Positions 14,416-23,648 of a stretch of DNA of 40,770 bases are shown here, one piece after another. The notes below the pieces were generated by a model, which was given only the letters and a program-made list of their open reading frames with translations, was not told the DNA's origin and did not search any database. Made by a program: the position numbers and the translations under genes. The stretch is from positions 1 to 40,770 of the forward strand of contig JAWOID010000033.1 in the NCBI GenBank assembly GCA_046484865.1, written 5' to 3'. Source of the stretch: Candidatus Krumholzibacteriia bacterium (GTDB lineage: Bacteria > Krumholzibacteriota > Krumholzibacteriia > LZORAL124-64-63). Positions within the stretch are counted from its first letter, which is position 1; the number at the start of each line of letters is the position of its first letter.

Positions 14416-16581
14416 ATGGCGAGGACTCGACACACCGGTTTCGGACGCGCGTTCCAGCTCACCCTGGCCGCCGTGGTGGTGACGGCGCTGGCGGCGGCGT
14501 TCTGGGGCAGCCACCGCATTGCCCGGGACGTCCGCGTCTTCGTCACCGACTCTTTCAACGCCGAGCAGCTCCTTTTGGCCCGTCATGCCCGCCTGCTCAT
14601 CGAACGCGAGTTGCAGCAACTCGGGCGTGAGGTGGCCGTGACCGCGCGCACGATCGGCAACGACGGATTCGACCCGGAGCGCGACGGCGCGGTCCTGGCG
14701 ACGAGTCTTGCGCGCCTGCACGACGGCGGTCTGCGGCGCATCGTGGTGCGCCCTCCCGGCGACGTCCAGTGGGTGGCGCTTCCCTTCGCCGCGCGCCTGC
14801 GCGAGGAACCCCGCCCGGCGGCCGACCTCGTCGACAGCCTGGCGGCGCGCCTGGAACCAGGCGGCCTGGCGGTTCCCCCTCCTTCGGTGGCCCCCGGTGC
14901 CGTCACCCTGCTGCTGGCGGCGCGGCTGCGCGGTCCTCCGGGCGGCCTCCTGATCTACGACGTGGACCTCGCCCGCCTGCTCGTTCCCTTTTTGCGGGAT
15001 ATCCGTTCAGGCCGCACTGGATACGCCTGGATCATCGACGGCGACGGTCGGTTCCTCTATCACCCCGATGAGAGCTTCGAGGGGCGCAACGCGTTCCGGG
15101 TGCGCTCCGAGCAGGCGCCGGAGCTGACCTTCGATTCCATCAACCAGATCCAGCGCGAGCACATGATGGCCGGTGAGGAGGGGATGGCGGCCTACGTCTC
15201 GGGCAGACATGGGAGCCGGACCGGCCGGATCGAGAAGCTGATCGCGTACACCCCGGTCCGGGTGGGCCACGCGCCGGCGCAGACCTGGTCCGTGGCCGTC
15301 GTGGCGCCAACGGACGACCTGCGCGACCTGCTGGCTCGCGGCCAGCGCTGGCAGGCGCTGCTGCTGGCGATCGCGGCCGGTACGGTGGCCCTGGGCGCGG
15401 CGGCCCTCCTGCTGCGCGAGGCGCGCTGGGCGCGGGTGCTCGGGCGGCGAGTGGCTCAGCGCACGGCCGAGCTGAGGCGATCCGAGGAGCGATATCGCAG
15501 CCTCGTGGATGGATCGGAGGATCTGATCATCGCCGTGGACGATGCGGGGGCCATACTCGCCCTGAACCCGGCTGCGGCTCGCTTCCTCGGCGGCACGCGG
15601 GACATCCTGCGCGGTACCTCGCTGGTGGACCGCTTCCCCGCCGCGGAACGGCGCCGGCTCCAGGAGCAGATCCGGCGTACGCTCCAGGAACGAAGCAGCC
15701 GGCGCGACGAGTTCATCATCGCCGAGGGCGGCGGCAACGGCCGACGGGTGCGGCTGAACGCCAGCCTGGTCCCACTGCGCGACGAGAGCGGCGAAGCCAC
15801 CCGCGTGCTCTGGGTGGGGCGCGACGTGACCGAGCAGCGGGATCTCGAGGCGAATCTCATCCGCACCGAGCGCCTGGCGGCGCTGGGCACGCTGGCCGCG
15901 GGGTTCGCGCACGAGGTGAACAACCCCCTGGGCGTGATGCTCGGCTTCAACGAGCTGCTGCTGGCGCGGGCGGAACCCGGCAGTCGCGACCACGAGGAGC
16001 TGGAGGTGGTGCAGCGCCAGGGACGACAGTGCCAGCGGATCGTCGAGAACCTGCTGAGCTTCGCGAGGGGAGGCACCGGCGGGGCCGAGCGGTGCGACGT
16101 GAACGTCGTGGTCGCGGAGATGTCGGCCGTGGTGCGCCATGCGCTGGAGATGCACGGCGTGCGGCTGGTGCTGGACCTGGCCGAGGCCCTGCCGCCGGCG
16201 CGCGTCGATCCGCGCGAGTTGCAGCAGGTCCTGCTCAATCTGGTCCAGAACGCCGCCGACGCGCAGCCGGAAGGCGGCGAGGTGCGCATCCGCACGCGAC
16301 ACCTGGCGCCGCAGCAGCAGGTGGAGATCACGGTGGCCGACGACGGTCCGGGGATCCCGGCGGCCGACCGCCAGCGGATCTTCGCGCCGTTCTACACCAC
16401 CAAACCGGAGGGGAAGGGAACGGGACTGGGCCTGTTCGTCAGCTACGGCATCGTGGAGCGGCACGGCGGCGACCTCCTGTGCGGCTCGCGCACCGCCCTC
16501 GAGACGGACGCCGGCACCGGCACCACCTTCACGGTCCGGCTGCCGGAAGTTTCGCGCGGCCCGCAGGATGGTAAGACATGA
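14416..16581 (+). CDS. Membrane sensor histidine kinase (TM-Cache-TM-PAS-HisKA-HATPase), NtrB-like
   Basis: TM1, Cache GYAWIIDGDGRFLYHP, TM2, PAS (YRSLVDG..LNPAA), LAAGFAHEVNNPL, NLVQNA, DDGPGI, FYTTK, GTGLGL; ATGA overlap with the next gene. Confidence 0.92.
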   Translation: MARTRHTGFGRAFQLTLAAVVVTALAAAFWGSHRIARDVRVFVTDSFNAEQLLLARHARLLIERELQQLGREVAVTARTIGNDGFDPERDGAVLATSLARLHDGGLRRIVVRPPGDVQWVALPFAARLREEPRPAADLVDSLAARLEPGGLAVPPPSVAPGAVTLLLAARLRGPPGGLLIYDVDLARLLVPFLRDIRSGRTGYAWIIDGDGRFLYHPDESFEGRNAFRVRSEQAPELTFDSINQIQREHMMAGEEGMAAYVSGRHGSRTGRIEKLIAYTPVRVGHAPAQTWSVAVVAPTDDLRDLLARGQRWQALLLAIAAGTVALGAAALLLREARWARVLGRRVAQRTAELRRSEERYRSLVDGSEDLIIAVDDAGAILALNPAAARFLGGTRDILRGTSLVDRFPAAERRRLQEQIRRTLQERSSRRDEFIIAEGGGNGRRVRLNASLVPLRDESGEATRVLWVGRDVTEQRDLEANLIRTERLAALGTLAAGFAHEVNNPLGVMLGFNELLLARAEPGSRDHEELEVVQRQGRQCQRIVENLLSFARGGTGGAERCDVNVVVAEMSAVVRHALEMHGVRLVLDLAEALPPARVDPRELQQVLLNLVQNAADAQPEGGEVRIRTRHLAPQQQVEITVADDGPGIPAADRQRIFAPFYTTKPEGKGTGLGLFVSYGIVERHGGDLLCGSRTALETDAGTGTTFTVRLPEVSRGPQDGKT

Positions 16582-17984
16582 AGGCCCGCATCGCGGTGGT
16601 GGACGACGAACGGGACATGCTCCTGCTCATGGAGAGCGTCCTGGGCCATGAGGGCGGCTACGAGGTCGTGACCTTCGCCGACCCCGAACAGGCCCTGCGG
16701 GCACTGAAGGAGCGGCCCTGCGACCTGGTGATCACCGACCTGCGCATGCCCGGCCGGGACGGTCTCGGCGTGATCGAGGAGGTCAAGCGGCAACGGCCGG
16801 AGACGGTGGTCATGGTGCTCACGGCCTACGGTACGATCGAGACGGCGGTCGAGGCGGTGCGCCGGGGTGCGAGCGATTACCTGACGAAGCCTTTCCGCCG
16901 CGACCAGCTGCTGCTGGCGGTCGATCGCAACCTGCGCTGGCTGCGTCTGAACCGCGAGAATGCTCGTCTCCGGGAGGCGCTCGGCCGGCGGGACGGCACC
17001 GTGCCCTTTGTGGGCGACGCTCCGTCGGTCCGGCAGCTGCTCGCCCGCTTGCGCCAGGTGGCGCCCACCACGGCCACCGTCCTCATCACCGGCCCCAGCG
17101 GTTCGGGCAAGGAGCTGCTCGCCCGCGCCCTGCACGAGTTGAGTCCGCGCGCCGGGCGCAAGCTGGTGACCGTCAACTGCACGGCCATACCCGAGACGGT
17201 CCTCGAGAGCGAGCTGTTCGGCCACGTCCGCGGAGCCTTCACCGGCGCCTGGAAGGACAGCAGCGGTCTCGCGGCCGAGGCCGACGGCGGCACGCTGTTC
17301 CTGGACGAGATCGGCGATCTGAGTCCGGTGCTGCAGACCAAACTCCTGCGCCTCTTGCAGGACGGCGAGTACAAGCCGGTGGGCTGCGTGGAGACCCGCC
17401 GCGCCGACTTGCGCGTGGTGGCGGCCACCAACCGCAACCTGCGTGAGGCGATCCGCGAGCGGCGATTCCGGGAGGACCTCTTCTACCGGCTCAACGTCAT
17501 CCACCTGGAGGTGCCGTCGCTGCGCGAGCGTCGCGAGGACATCGTGCTGCTGGCCCGCTACTTCTTGCAGCGTTACGCCCTGCGCAACGGCAAGGAGATC
17601 CACGACCTCTCGCCCGCCGCCCTCGACGCACTGCGGGCTTACGACTTCCCCGGCAACGTGCGCGAGCTGGAGAACATCGTCGAGCGCGGCGTGATCTACT
17701 CCAGCGGCTCGCAGCTCACGCTGCACGACCTGCGTCTGGAGGACGAAGATCCGGAACCGGTGGTGGTGGCCGAGCTGGTGGAGCTGCCCTACCGTGAGGC
17801 GAAGGAGAGCATGTTGCGCCATTTTCATCGGCGCTACCTGGAGGCCATGTTGCATGCGTCTGACGGCAACGTCAGCCGTGCCGCCGAGCGCGCCGGCATC
17901 CAGCGGCAGTACTTCCACCGCCTGATGAAGGAGGTGGGGGTGACCTCGCGGCGAGACGAAGGCGATCTGGCGGACGGCGGTTGA
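16578..17984 (+). CDS. Sigma54-dependent NtrC/AtoC-family response regulator (REC-AAA+-Fis HTH)
   Basis: VVDDE, TDLRMP, GPSGSGKE, ESELFGHVRGAFTGA, LFLDEIG, FREDLFYRLNV, FPGNVRELEN, GNVSRAAERAGI. Confidence 0.96.
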   Translation: MKARIAVVDDERDMLLLMESVLGHEGGYEVVTFADPEQALRALKERPCDLVITDLRMPGRDGLGVIEEVKRQRPETVVMVLTAYGTIETAVEAVRRGASDYLTKPFRRDQLLLAVDRNLRWLRLNRENARLREALGRRDGTVPFVGDAPSVRQLLARLRQVAPTTATVLITGPSGSGKELLARALHELSPRAGRKLVTVNCTAIPETVLESELFGHVRGAFTGAWKDSSGLAAEADGGTLFLDEIGDLSPVLQTKLLRLLQDGEYKPVGCVETRRADLRVVAATNRNLREAIRERRFREDLFYRLNVIHLEVPSLRERREDIVLLARYFLQRYALRNGKEIHDLSPAALDALRAYDFPGNVRELENIVERGVIYSSGSQLTLHDLRLEDEDPEPVVVAELVELPYREAKESMLRHFHRRYLEAMLHASDGNVSRAAERAGIQRQYFHRLMKEVGVTSRRDEGDLADGG

Positions 17985-18991
17985 CGGGACACGACCGGGC
18001 AGCCGTGCGCCGGCAGCGGAGCGTGGCCTTCGGAGGCACCGCCATCGGCCTGCACCACCACGACCACGAGCACCTCCTCGCCGGCAGCGGTTCCGAGCGC
18101 GCGGGCGATCGCCGGCTGCTCGCCGGCATGGGAATCAACCTGCTGCTGACCTTCGTGCAGGTGGCTGGCGGGTTGGTTTCCGGGTCGCTGGCGCTGGTGG
18201 CCGACGCGCTGCACAACCTCAATGACGCCGCCGCCCTCGGATTGGCGGTGGTGGCCCGCCGCATCGCCCGCAAGCCGGCCGACCGCCGCCGCACCTTCGG
18301 CTATCGCAAGGCCGAGGTGATCGGGGCTCTCGTCAACACCACCGCCCTCGTGATGGTCGGGCTCTACCTCGTCTACGAGGCGCTCGCACGCTGGGCGAAT
18401 CCCCAGCCGGTCGACGGGTGGATCGTCGTGATCGTCGGAGGGGTGGCGCTGATCGTGGACGCGATCACGGTAGCGCTCACCTACGCGCTCGGCCGTAGGA
18501 GCCTGAACGTGAAGGCCGCGTTCGTGCACAACGTCTCCGACGCGCTCGGCTCGCTCGCGGTGATGATCGCGGGCGCCCTGGTGCTGCTCCACGGCTGGTA
18601 CCTGGCCGATCTGGTCGCCACGCTCCTGATCTCGGTCTACATCCTGTGGCAGAGCTACGGCCTGCTGCGCTCCAGCGCGCGCATCCTGCTGGACAGCGCT
18701 CCGCGCGACGTGGACCTGGCAGAGCTGTTTGCGGTCATGAGGGCTGTGCCTGGTGTTCGCGAGGTCCATCATCTCCACGCGTGGGAGCTGGACGAGCGGA
18801 ACCGGGCGCTCGAGGCCCACGTGGTGGTGGAGGTCACCGACCTGGTGGAGGCCGAGCGCATCAAGAACGAGCTCAAGCGCCGGTTGCACGAGCGCTTCGG
18901 CTTCGGCCACACCACGCTCGAGATCGAGGCGCCCGAAGCCTGTGCCGATGACCCGCATCGCTGCTGGGAGCCTCCCACCACGGGGATCTGA
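17981..18991 (+). CDS. Cation diffusion facilitator (ZitB/CzcD-like Zn2+ exporter); start uncertain
   Basis: His-rich N-terminus (HHHDHEH), SLALVADALHNLND, TFGYRKAE, HNVSD, C-terminal HHLHAW..HTTLEIE. Confidence 0.92.
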   Translation: MTGHDRAAVRRQRSVAFGGTAIGLHHHDHEHLLAGSGSERAGDRRLLAGMGINLLLTFVQVAGGLVSGSLALVADALHNLNDAAALGLAVVARRIARKPADRRRTFGYRKAEVIGALVNTTALVMVGLYLVYEALARWANPQPVDGWIVVIVGGVALIVDAITVALTYALGRRSLNVKAAFVHNVSDALGSLAVMIAGALVLLHGWYLADLVATLLISVYILWQSYGLLRSSARILLDSAPRDVDLAELFAVMRAVPGVREVHHLHAWELDERNRALEAHVVVEVTDLVEAERIKNELKRRLHERFGFGHTTLEIEAPEACADDPHRCWEPPTTGI

Positions 18992-19025
18992 CCGCGTTCG
19001 CCGGCCGTCCCGCGAGCGATCCGGG

Positions 19026-20003
19026 CTAGCGCATCGCCAGGTGAATCGCCACTCCCAGCGCCGCCAGCCAGATGTTGGTGATGTTCGAGACGGTGATGTT
19101 GAGCACCGACGCCAGATAGCGCCGCCGGCGGTTCAGCGCCAGGCAACTCTTGAACTCGGGCCAGCTGGTGAGGGTGGAGAGCACGAAGAATCCGATCACG
19201 CCCTTGGGCGCCTGGGAGTGGGCCGCCGTCGAGCTCACGACCGGATCCAGCAGGTAACCGGCGCCCACGAGCACCAGGAACGCCGGCAGGAACCAGGAAC
19301 GGGGCACGCCGGCATCGTCACCGGCGTCGTTCCGTGCGGGCTCCGGCGGCCGCCGCAGAAAGAGCATGACGGTCGCCGTCACGGCGGCGCCCAGCCACAG
19401 CAGACGCCACGCTGCGGGAATGAAGAAGAAGCTCGTCGCGAGGCCGGCGGTCACCCCGACGCAGACGATGGTGTACCGGGGGTGGGTCCGCAGGACCGGG
19501 ACCAGGACGCCGGCGAGCAGCGCCGCCGAGATGAGCATCACCGGGTTCATCACGTTGCTGCCCAGCGGCGTGCTCGCGGCGAAAAGGACGTCGCCGGCCA
19601 GCAGCCCGACGATCAGGCAGAGCGCTTCGGGGCCGTTGGTGATGAATCCCACCAGCGTGCCGAGCCCCTTCGCGTCGCTCAGTGACGCGATGATCACCTC
19701 GATGGCGGCACTCACCACCAGCATCACCGCGATGATCGCCACCGCGCCGCCGAGCGAGGCACCCGGTTTGCCGTCGTTCAGCGCCGCGGAGCCGAGGAAG
19801 AAGGCCAGCACCAGCACCCAGGCCGACAGGTCCAGGAATTCGAAGATCTGCACGCCGCCCACCTCCACCCGTAGACGCCGATGGAGCGGAACGCGCAGGG
19901 GCGGCGTCGGCGCGGTGGTCGCGACGGGGGCGACGAGCGTCGTGGTGCGCGGGGCGCGGGGCTCCGGATCGGCGGGGACGGTAGGAAGCGGGGTCGTCTT
20001 CAT
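19026..20003 (-). CDS. Ca2+/cation antiporter (CaCA, Na_Ca_ex-like) membrane protein
   Basis: AGGAGAG RBS; two alpha-repeat-like motifs GFITNGPE...GSNVMN and STLTSWPE...SNITN; about 10 hydrophobic segments. Confidence 0.7.
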   Translation of the reverse strand: MKTTPLPTVPADPEPRAPRTTTLVAPVATTAPTPPLRVPLHRRLRVEVGGVQIFEFLDLSAWVLVLAFFLGSAALNDGKPGASLGGAVAIIAVMLVVSAAIEVIIASLSDAKGLGTLVGFITNGPEALCLIVGLLAGDVLFAASTPLGSNVMNPVMLISAALLAGVLVPVLRTHPRYTIVCVGVTAGLATSFFFIPAAWRLLWLGAAVTATVMLFLRRPPEPARNDAGDDAGVPRSWFLPAFLVLVGAGYLLDPVVSSTAAHSQAPKGVIGFFVLSTLTSWPEFKSCLALNRRRRYLASVLNITVSNITNIWLAALGVAIHLAMR

Positions 20004-20117
20004 GAGCAGCCTCTCCTGGTGGGGCGCGCTGCCGCCAGGCGGCGGCTCGGCCGCGCGGTTGCCGCGGTTGCCGCGGGTGCGGCGGTGGCGCAGCCGGATC
20101 GACTTCCGCGTGGCCTC

Positions 20118-20133
20118 TGCATGGGCGATGCCA
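20118..20133 (-). promoter_or_regulatory. Candidate sigma54 -24/-12 promoter for the CaCA gene
   Basis: Minus strand TGGCAT-CGCCC-ATGCA, with correct GG-N10-GC spacing, ~115 nt upstream of ATG 20003. Confidence 0.6.
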
Positions 20134-20270
20134 GCGGCGGGCTTCGCGCCGGCTGACCTGCCCCGCGTGTTCTCTGGCCGCTCAGGACGGGGCCGCGCCC
20201 CCCGTGCCGGCTTTTTCCGTCATCACGAACCGCCGGCGGCGGCCGGATGGCGCGAACCGGCGGAGGCGGC

Positions 20271-20310
20271 TGTCTGCGATCCGGTGACATTCCCTGTCCG
20301 CGGTGTCCAC
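20271..20310. promoter_or_regulatory. Candidate upstream activator (enhancer) sites
   Basis: TGTC-N11-GACA (20271-20289) plus TGTCCGCGGTGTCCAC (20295-20310), midway between two divergent sigma54 motifs. Confidence 0.35.
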
Positions 20311-20412
20311 GAGAGGTGGGCACCACGGGCCGGCGGAGGTCGAGACGCCGGTTCGCGCCGACGATCTTCCCCGCGCGCAACGCTTTGCGCGCCTGCGCGT
20401 GGTGGCGCCCCG

Positions 20413-20428
20413 TGGCACGCCTCTTGTG
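20413..20428 (+). promoter_or_regulatory. Candidate sigma54 promoter for the TSUP-pseudokinase-GNAT/HDAC operon
   Basis: TGGCAC-GCCTC-TTGTG; perfect -24 element, -12 is TTGT rather than TTGC. Confidence 0.6.
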
Positions 20429-20530
20429 ATGCGGTGATGCGGTAGAGAACCGCGGCGACGACCGCCGGGCACCGGGAGACCGAACGGTCGGGGCGCCGGA
20501 CCGAGATCTTCGGCAAAGGAGCCAGCTGTC

Positions 20531-21586
20531 ATGGCGACGAAAACCGACACCAGACCGGAGCGCAAGATGGGATGGGAGGTGGCCCGGGAGTTGGAGCAGA
20601 CCAAGAAGACGGTCTGGGAACGCATGGTCCCGGACCTGCGGCACGTCAAGGCGGCCGTCGGCGGCATGCTCGTCTTTTTCGTGGTCTTCCTCATCGGCTG
20701 CTGGCTCGCCGGCAATCCGTGGGACGCCACCCAGCGCATCGCCTCGCCCGCCATGGTGGAGCGTGGCTGGGCCGGTACGGACCAGTGGGGGATCATCTGG
20801 AGCGTCGTGCTGCTGGCCATGTTCTTCGAGTTCATGGATGCCTCGGCCGGCATGGGCTTCGGCACCGCACTCACGCCCATCCTGCTGGTGATGGGATTCG
20901 CTCCGACCCAGATCGTGCCCGTGGTGATGATCCAGCAAGGCGTGGCTGGTCTGGTGGGCGCCTTTCTGCACCGCGAGTTCGAGAACGTGGAGTGGCGGTT
21001 CAAGCCGATGTCCGAGACCGTCAAGCTCTGGATCATCATCGCCGTCACCGGGTGCGCGGCGGTGGCGTTCTCCATCACCGCCGTCTACGCGGTGTTCAAG
21101 CTGGCGAAGATCTGGATCAAGCTGTACGTGGCCGTCCTTTTGCTGGGCATGGGCGTGATCTCGCTGCTGCAGATGCGTCGAGAATCCCTGTACCGACCGC
21201 TGCGCATGATCGGCTTCGCCGCTTTGGCCGGTTTCAACAAGGGGGTGGGCGGCGGCGGCTATGGCCCGGTGATCACCGTGGGCGGGCTCATGTCCGGCGT
21301 GCCGGTGAAGAGCATGCTGGCGGTGACCGCAGTCACCGAGGGCACCGTGTCCACCTTCGCCATCGCGGTCTGGGCGCTGATGCTCACGGCAGGCGTGCAG
21401 CTCGACTACGTGCTGCTGCCGAGCATGATGCTCGCGACCATGTTCAGCGCCGTGGCCGCGCCGTACGCCACGCGCGTGTTCCCCGAGAAGCTCTGGAAGC
21501 TGGTGGTGCCGGCGTACTGCCTGGTGGTGGCGGCGATCTGCCTGAAGCAGATCGTCCCCGACGTCGTCCAGAAGCTGGGGAGTTGA
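20531..21586 (+). CDS. TSUP (TauE/SafE family) membrane protein with N-terminal extension
   Basis: AAGGAG RBS; EFMDASAGMGFGTALTP and GFNKGVGGGGYGP repeats; many TM segments. Confidence 0.88.
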   Translation: MATKTDTRPERKMGWEVARELEQTKKTVWERMVPDLRHVKAAVGGMLVFFVVFLIGCWLAGNPWDATQRIASPAMVERGWAGTDQWGIIWSVVLLAMFFEFMDASAGMGFGTALTPILLVMGFAPTQIVPVVMIQQGVAGLVGAFLHREFENVEWRFKPMSETVKLWIIIAVTGCAAVAFSITAVYAVFKLAKIWIKLYVAVLLLGMGVISLLQMRRESLYRPLRMIGFAALAGFNKGVGGGGYGPVITVGGLMSGVPVKSMLAVTAVTEGTVSTFAIAVWALMLTAGVQLDYVLLPSMMLATMFSAVAAPYATRVFPEKLWKLVVPAYCLVVAAICLKQIVPDVVQKLGS

Positions 21587-21588
21587 TC

Positions 21589-21954
21589 ATGACCTCACGG
21601 ACGTCGGCGCCGGTGTCGGCCTTCGCCCGGATGGGCTTCGGATTCGGGGGGATGCTGTTCTGCTTCGTCCTCCACGACCTGGGGCTGTTCGGCGGCGTCG
21701 AGGGGCCCTTGCAGCCCGGACGCATCGGCGCCCGCCTGGCCGCCGCGGGCGTGGGTCGCGGCGACCTGCTCGCACTGCTGGGGGGCTTCACCTTGCTGGC
21801 GGGAACCTGGAACTGGCTCGTGCCCGGCGCATCCCGGCTCCTACGCCTCAGCCGGCGGCGGACGCCGGCCAAGGGGCCGGTGGGAAGGACGGCCTGCCTG
21901 ATCTGCGCCGCCGCGTGGGCCGTGGCGGCCTGGACGATCGCCACCGGAGGTTGA
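21589..21954 (+). CDS. Small hypothetical membrane protein (121 aa, ~3 TM)
   Basis: GGGGAG RBS, ATG 2 nt after the TSUP stop, ends 3 nt before the next start; hydrophobic stretches FGFGGMLFCFVL, LLALLGGFTLLAG, ACLICAAAWAVAAW. Confidence 0.6.
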   Translation: MTSRTSAPVSAFARMGFGFGGMLFCFVLHDLGLFGGVEGPLQPGRIGARLAAAGVGRGDLLALLGGFTLLAGTWNWLVPGASRLLRLSRRRTPAKGPVGRTACLICAAAWAVAAWTIATGG

Positions 21955-21957
21955 ACC

Positions 21958-23628
21958 GTGGACGGGGTGAGCGGCCGCAGCGGTTCGCCGGCCATCGCCA
22001 GCGACTTCCCGTTCTTTCGCGCCACCTGGGGACGGGTCGTCGGTGTCCTGCTGGTCGCGGCCCTCGTGCCGCTCACCCTGCTCGGCGGCGGCCTCTATCT
22101 GCATGCCGCCCACCGCCTGGAAGCGGCCGTCCGCTCCGATCTGGTCGGGGAGACCCGCGCCTGCGCTGACGCCGTGGACGCCTCCCTGCTGGAGAAGAAG
22201 CGGCTTCTGGCGCTGGCCGGGCGCGCCGTGACGCCGCTGCGGCATCTGCCGCCGCAGCGGCTGTCGGCGCGCCTGGACAGCCTGCGGGCCGAGATGCCCG
22301 GCATCACGGACGTGGTTCTGCTCGGCGCGGGCGGGCGTCGTCTCGGCCATGCCGGTCCGTCCGATCCGCTCGACCGTGACGATGCGGACGCTCTCTGGAA
22401 CCGCACCCTCTCGCAGCAAGATCGCGCTGTGACCGATGTCTCGCTCGATCGCTGGAGCCGGCCCCGCTTCATGATCAGCGTGCGCCTGCCGCCGCCCGAC
22501 GACGACCTGATGCTGTGCGGCACCACGACCAGCGAGGCCGTCGAACTGCTGCTCGGCGGATCGGTGCGCGACCACGGCGGCGACGCTCACCTGGTGAACC
22601 GCGACGGGCGCTACCAGACCCGGTCCGCTCGCGGCGGGCAGCCGACGGACTTCTCCCGGGAGAGCCTCGCGAGCGCCGGCGACGGCGAGGTGCACGAAGT
22701 CGGCGACGATCTGGTCGTGCAGGTCGCGCTGCGTCAGGTGCCGTGGTCATGCGTGACGAGGGTGCCGCGCGCGACGGCCCTGGCCGGGCTGCATCGACTC
22801 CGCAATACCACGGCGGTCGGCTACGTGGTCGCGGTGTTCCTGGTCGTGCTCGCGGTGCTGTTGACGACCAACGAACTGGTGGCGCGCCTGGAGCGGGAGC
22901 ACAGGCGGCAGTGCAGGCTGGACCGGCAGCTCCGGCGGTTCGGACACGTTTCCTCGAGCCAGCGCCTGACCAAGGGGATGCTGGAGGAGACGCGCGATGC
23001 CCTGGCGAATCTGGACCTGGCGCTGGCGAGGCTCGCCGATCTCGGCACCGAGGCCGCACCCGGCGAACGTGCCGCGGTGCGCGCGGTCCTGCGCACGAGC
23101 CTCGACCGCTGCTGCCGCAGCGTGGACCGCGCGCTCGGCCTGAACGCAGGCGGACCGCCGGCCCGGGTCGTCACCGCGCTCGATCTCAACCAGCTGGTCG
23201 GCGAGCTGGTCGAGCTTCTCGCCCGCGAGACCCGGCTGCGCTGCATCCGCTTCGACCTCGACCTGGCTCCGGACCTGCCGCGCGTGCGCGGCGTGTGTCC
23301 CGACGTGCGCCAGATCTGCCAGCAACTCCTGCTCAACGCTGTGGACGCCGTGGGCGACAACGGCTCGGTCCGGGTGCGGACGCAGCCCCTGGAGGGGTCG
23401 GTCGAGCTGGTGGTTTCCGACAGCGGCCCGGGCATACCGGAGGGGCGGCACGAGCGGATCTTCACCCCGCTGTACACCACCCGTTCCGATGCGCTAGGCT
23501 TGGGATTGACGCTCAGTCGCGAGATCGCCGAGAGCATCGGCGGGCGCCTGGAGGCGGGCAACGAGCCCGGCGGGGGTGCGCGGCTGACCCTGATCCTCCC
23601 CGCCCAGGGCCCGGTGCCGGTGGGCTAG
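21958..23628 (+). CDS. Cache-domain histidine-kinase homolog with degenerate H-box (His->Glu); pseudokinase
   Basis: GGAGG-GTG start; TM-Cache-TM; H-box reads TKGMLEETRDAL instead of [12 protein letters not shown]; HATPase boxes retained (LLNAVDA, DSGPGI, IFTPLYTT, GLGL). Confidence 0.85.
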   Translation: MDGVSGRSGSPAIASDFPFFRATWGRVVGVLLVAALVPLTLLGGGLYLHAAHRLEAAVRSDLVGETRACADAVDASLLEKKRLLALAGRAVTPLRHLPPQRLSARLDSLRAEMPGITDVVLLGAGGRRLGHAGPSDPLDRDDADALWNRTLSQQDRAVTDVSLDRWSRPRFMISVRLPPPDDDLMLCGTTTSEAVELLLGGSVRDHGGDAHLVNRDGRYQTRSARGGQPTDFSRESLASAGDGEVHEVGDDLVVQVALRQVPWSCVTRVPRATALAGLHRLRNTTAVGYVVAVFLVVLAVLLTTNELVARLEREHRRQCRLDRQLRRFGHVSSSQRLTKGMLEETRDALANLDLALARLADLGTEAAPGERAAVRAVLRTSLDRCCRSVDRALGLNAGGPPARVVTALDLNQLVGELVELLARETRLRCIRFDLDLAPDLPRVRGVCPDVRQICQQLLLNAVDAVGDNGSVRVRTQPLEGSVELVVSDSGPGIPEGRHERIFTPLYTTRSDALGLGLTLSREIAESIGGRLEAGNEPGGGARLTLILPAQGPVPVG

Positions 23629-23648
23629 GCGCCGCCGGGGCATAGTCC

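Noticed and set aside
20050..20095. Short GCGGTTGCC-like repeats in the CaCA leader as a riboswitch or ncRNA
   Set aside because: Only 2-3 degenerate GC-rich units and no riboswitch consensus I can recognise; an Rfam scan would be needed.
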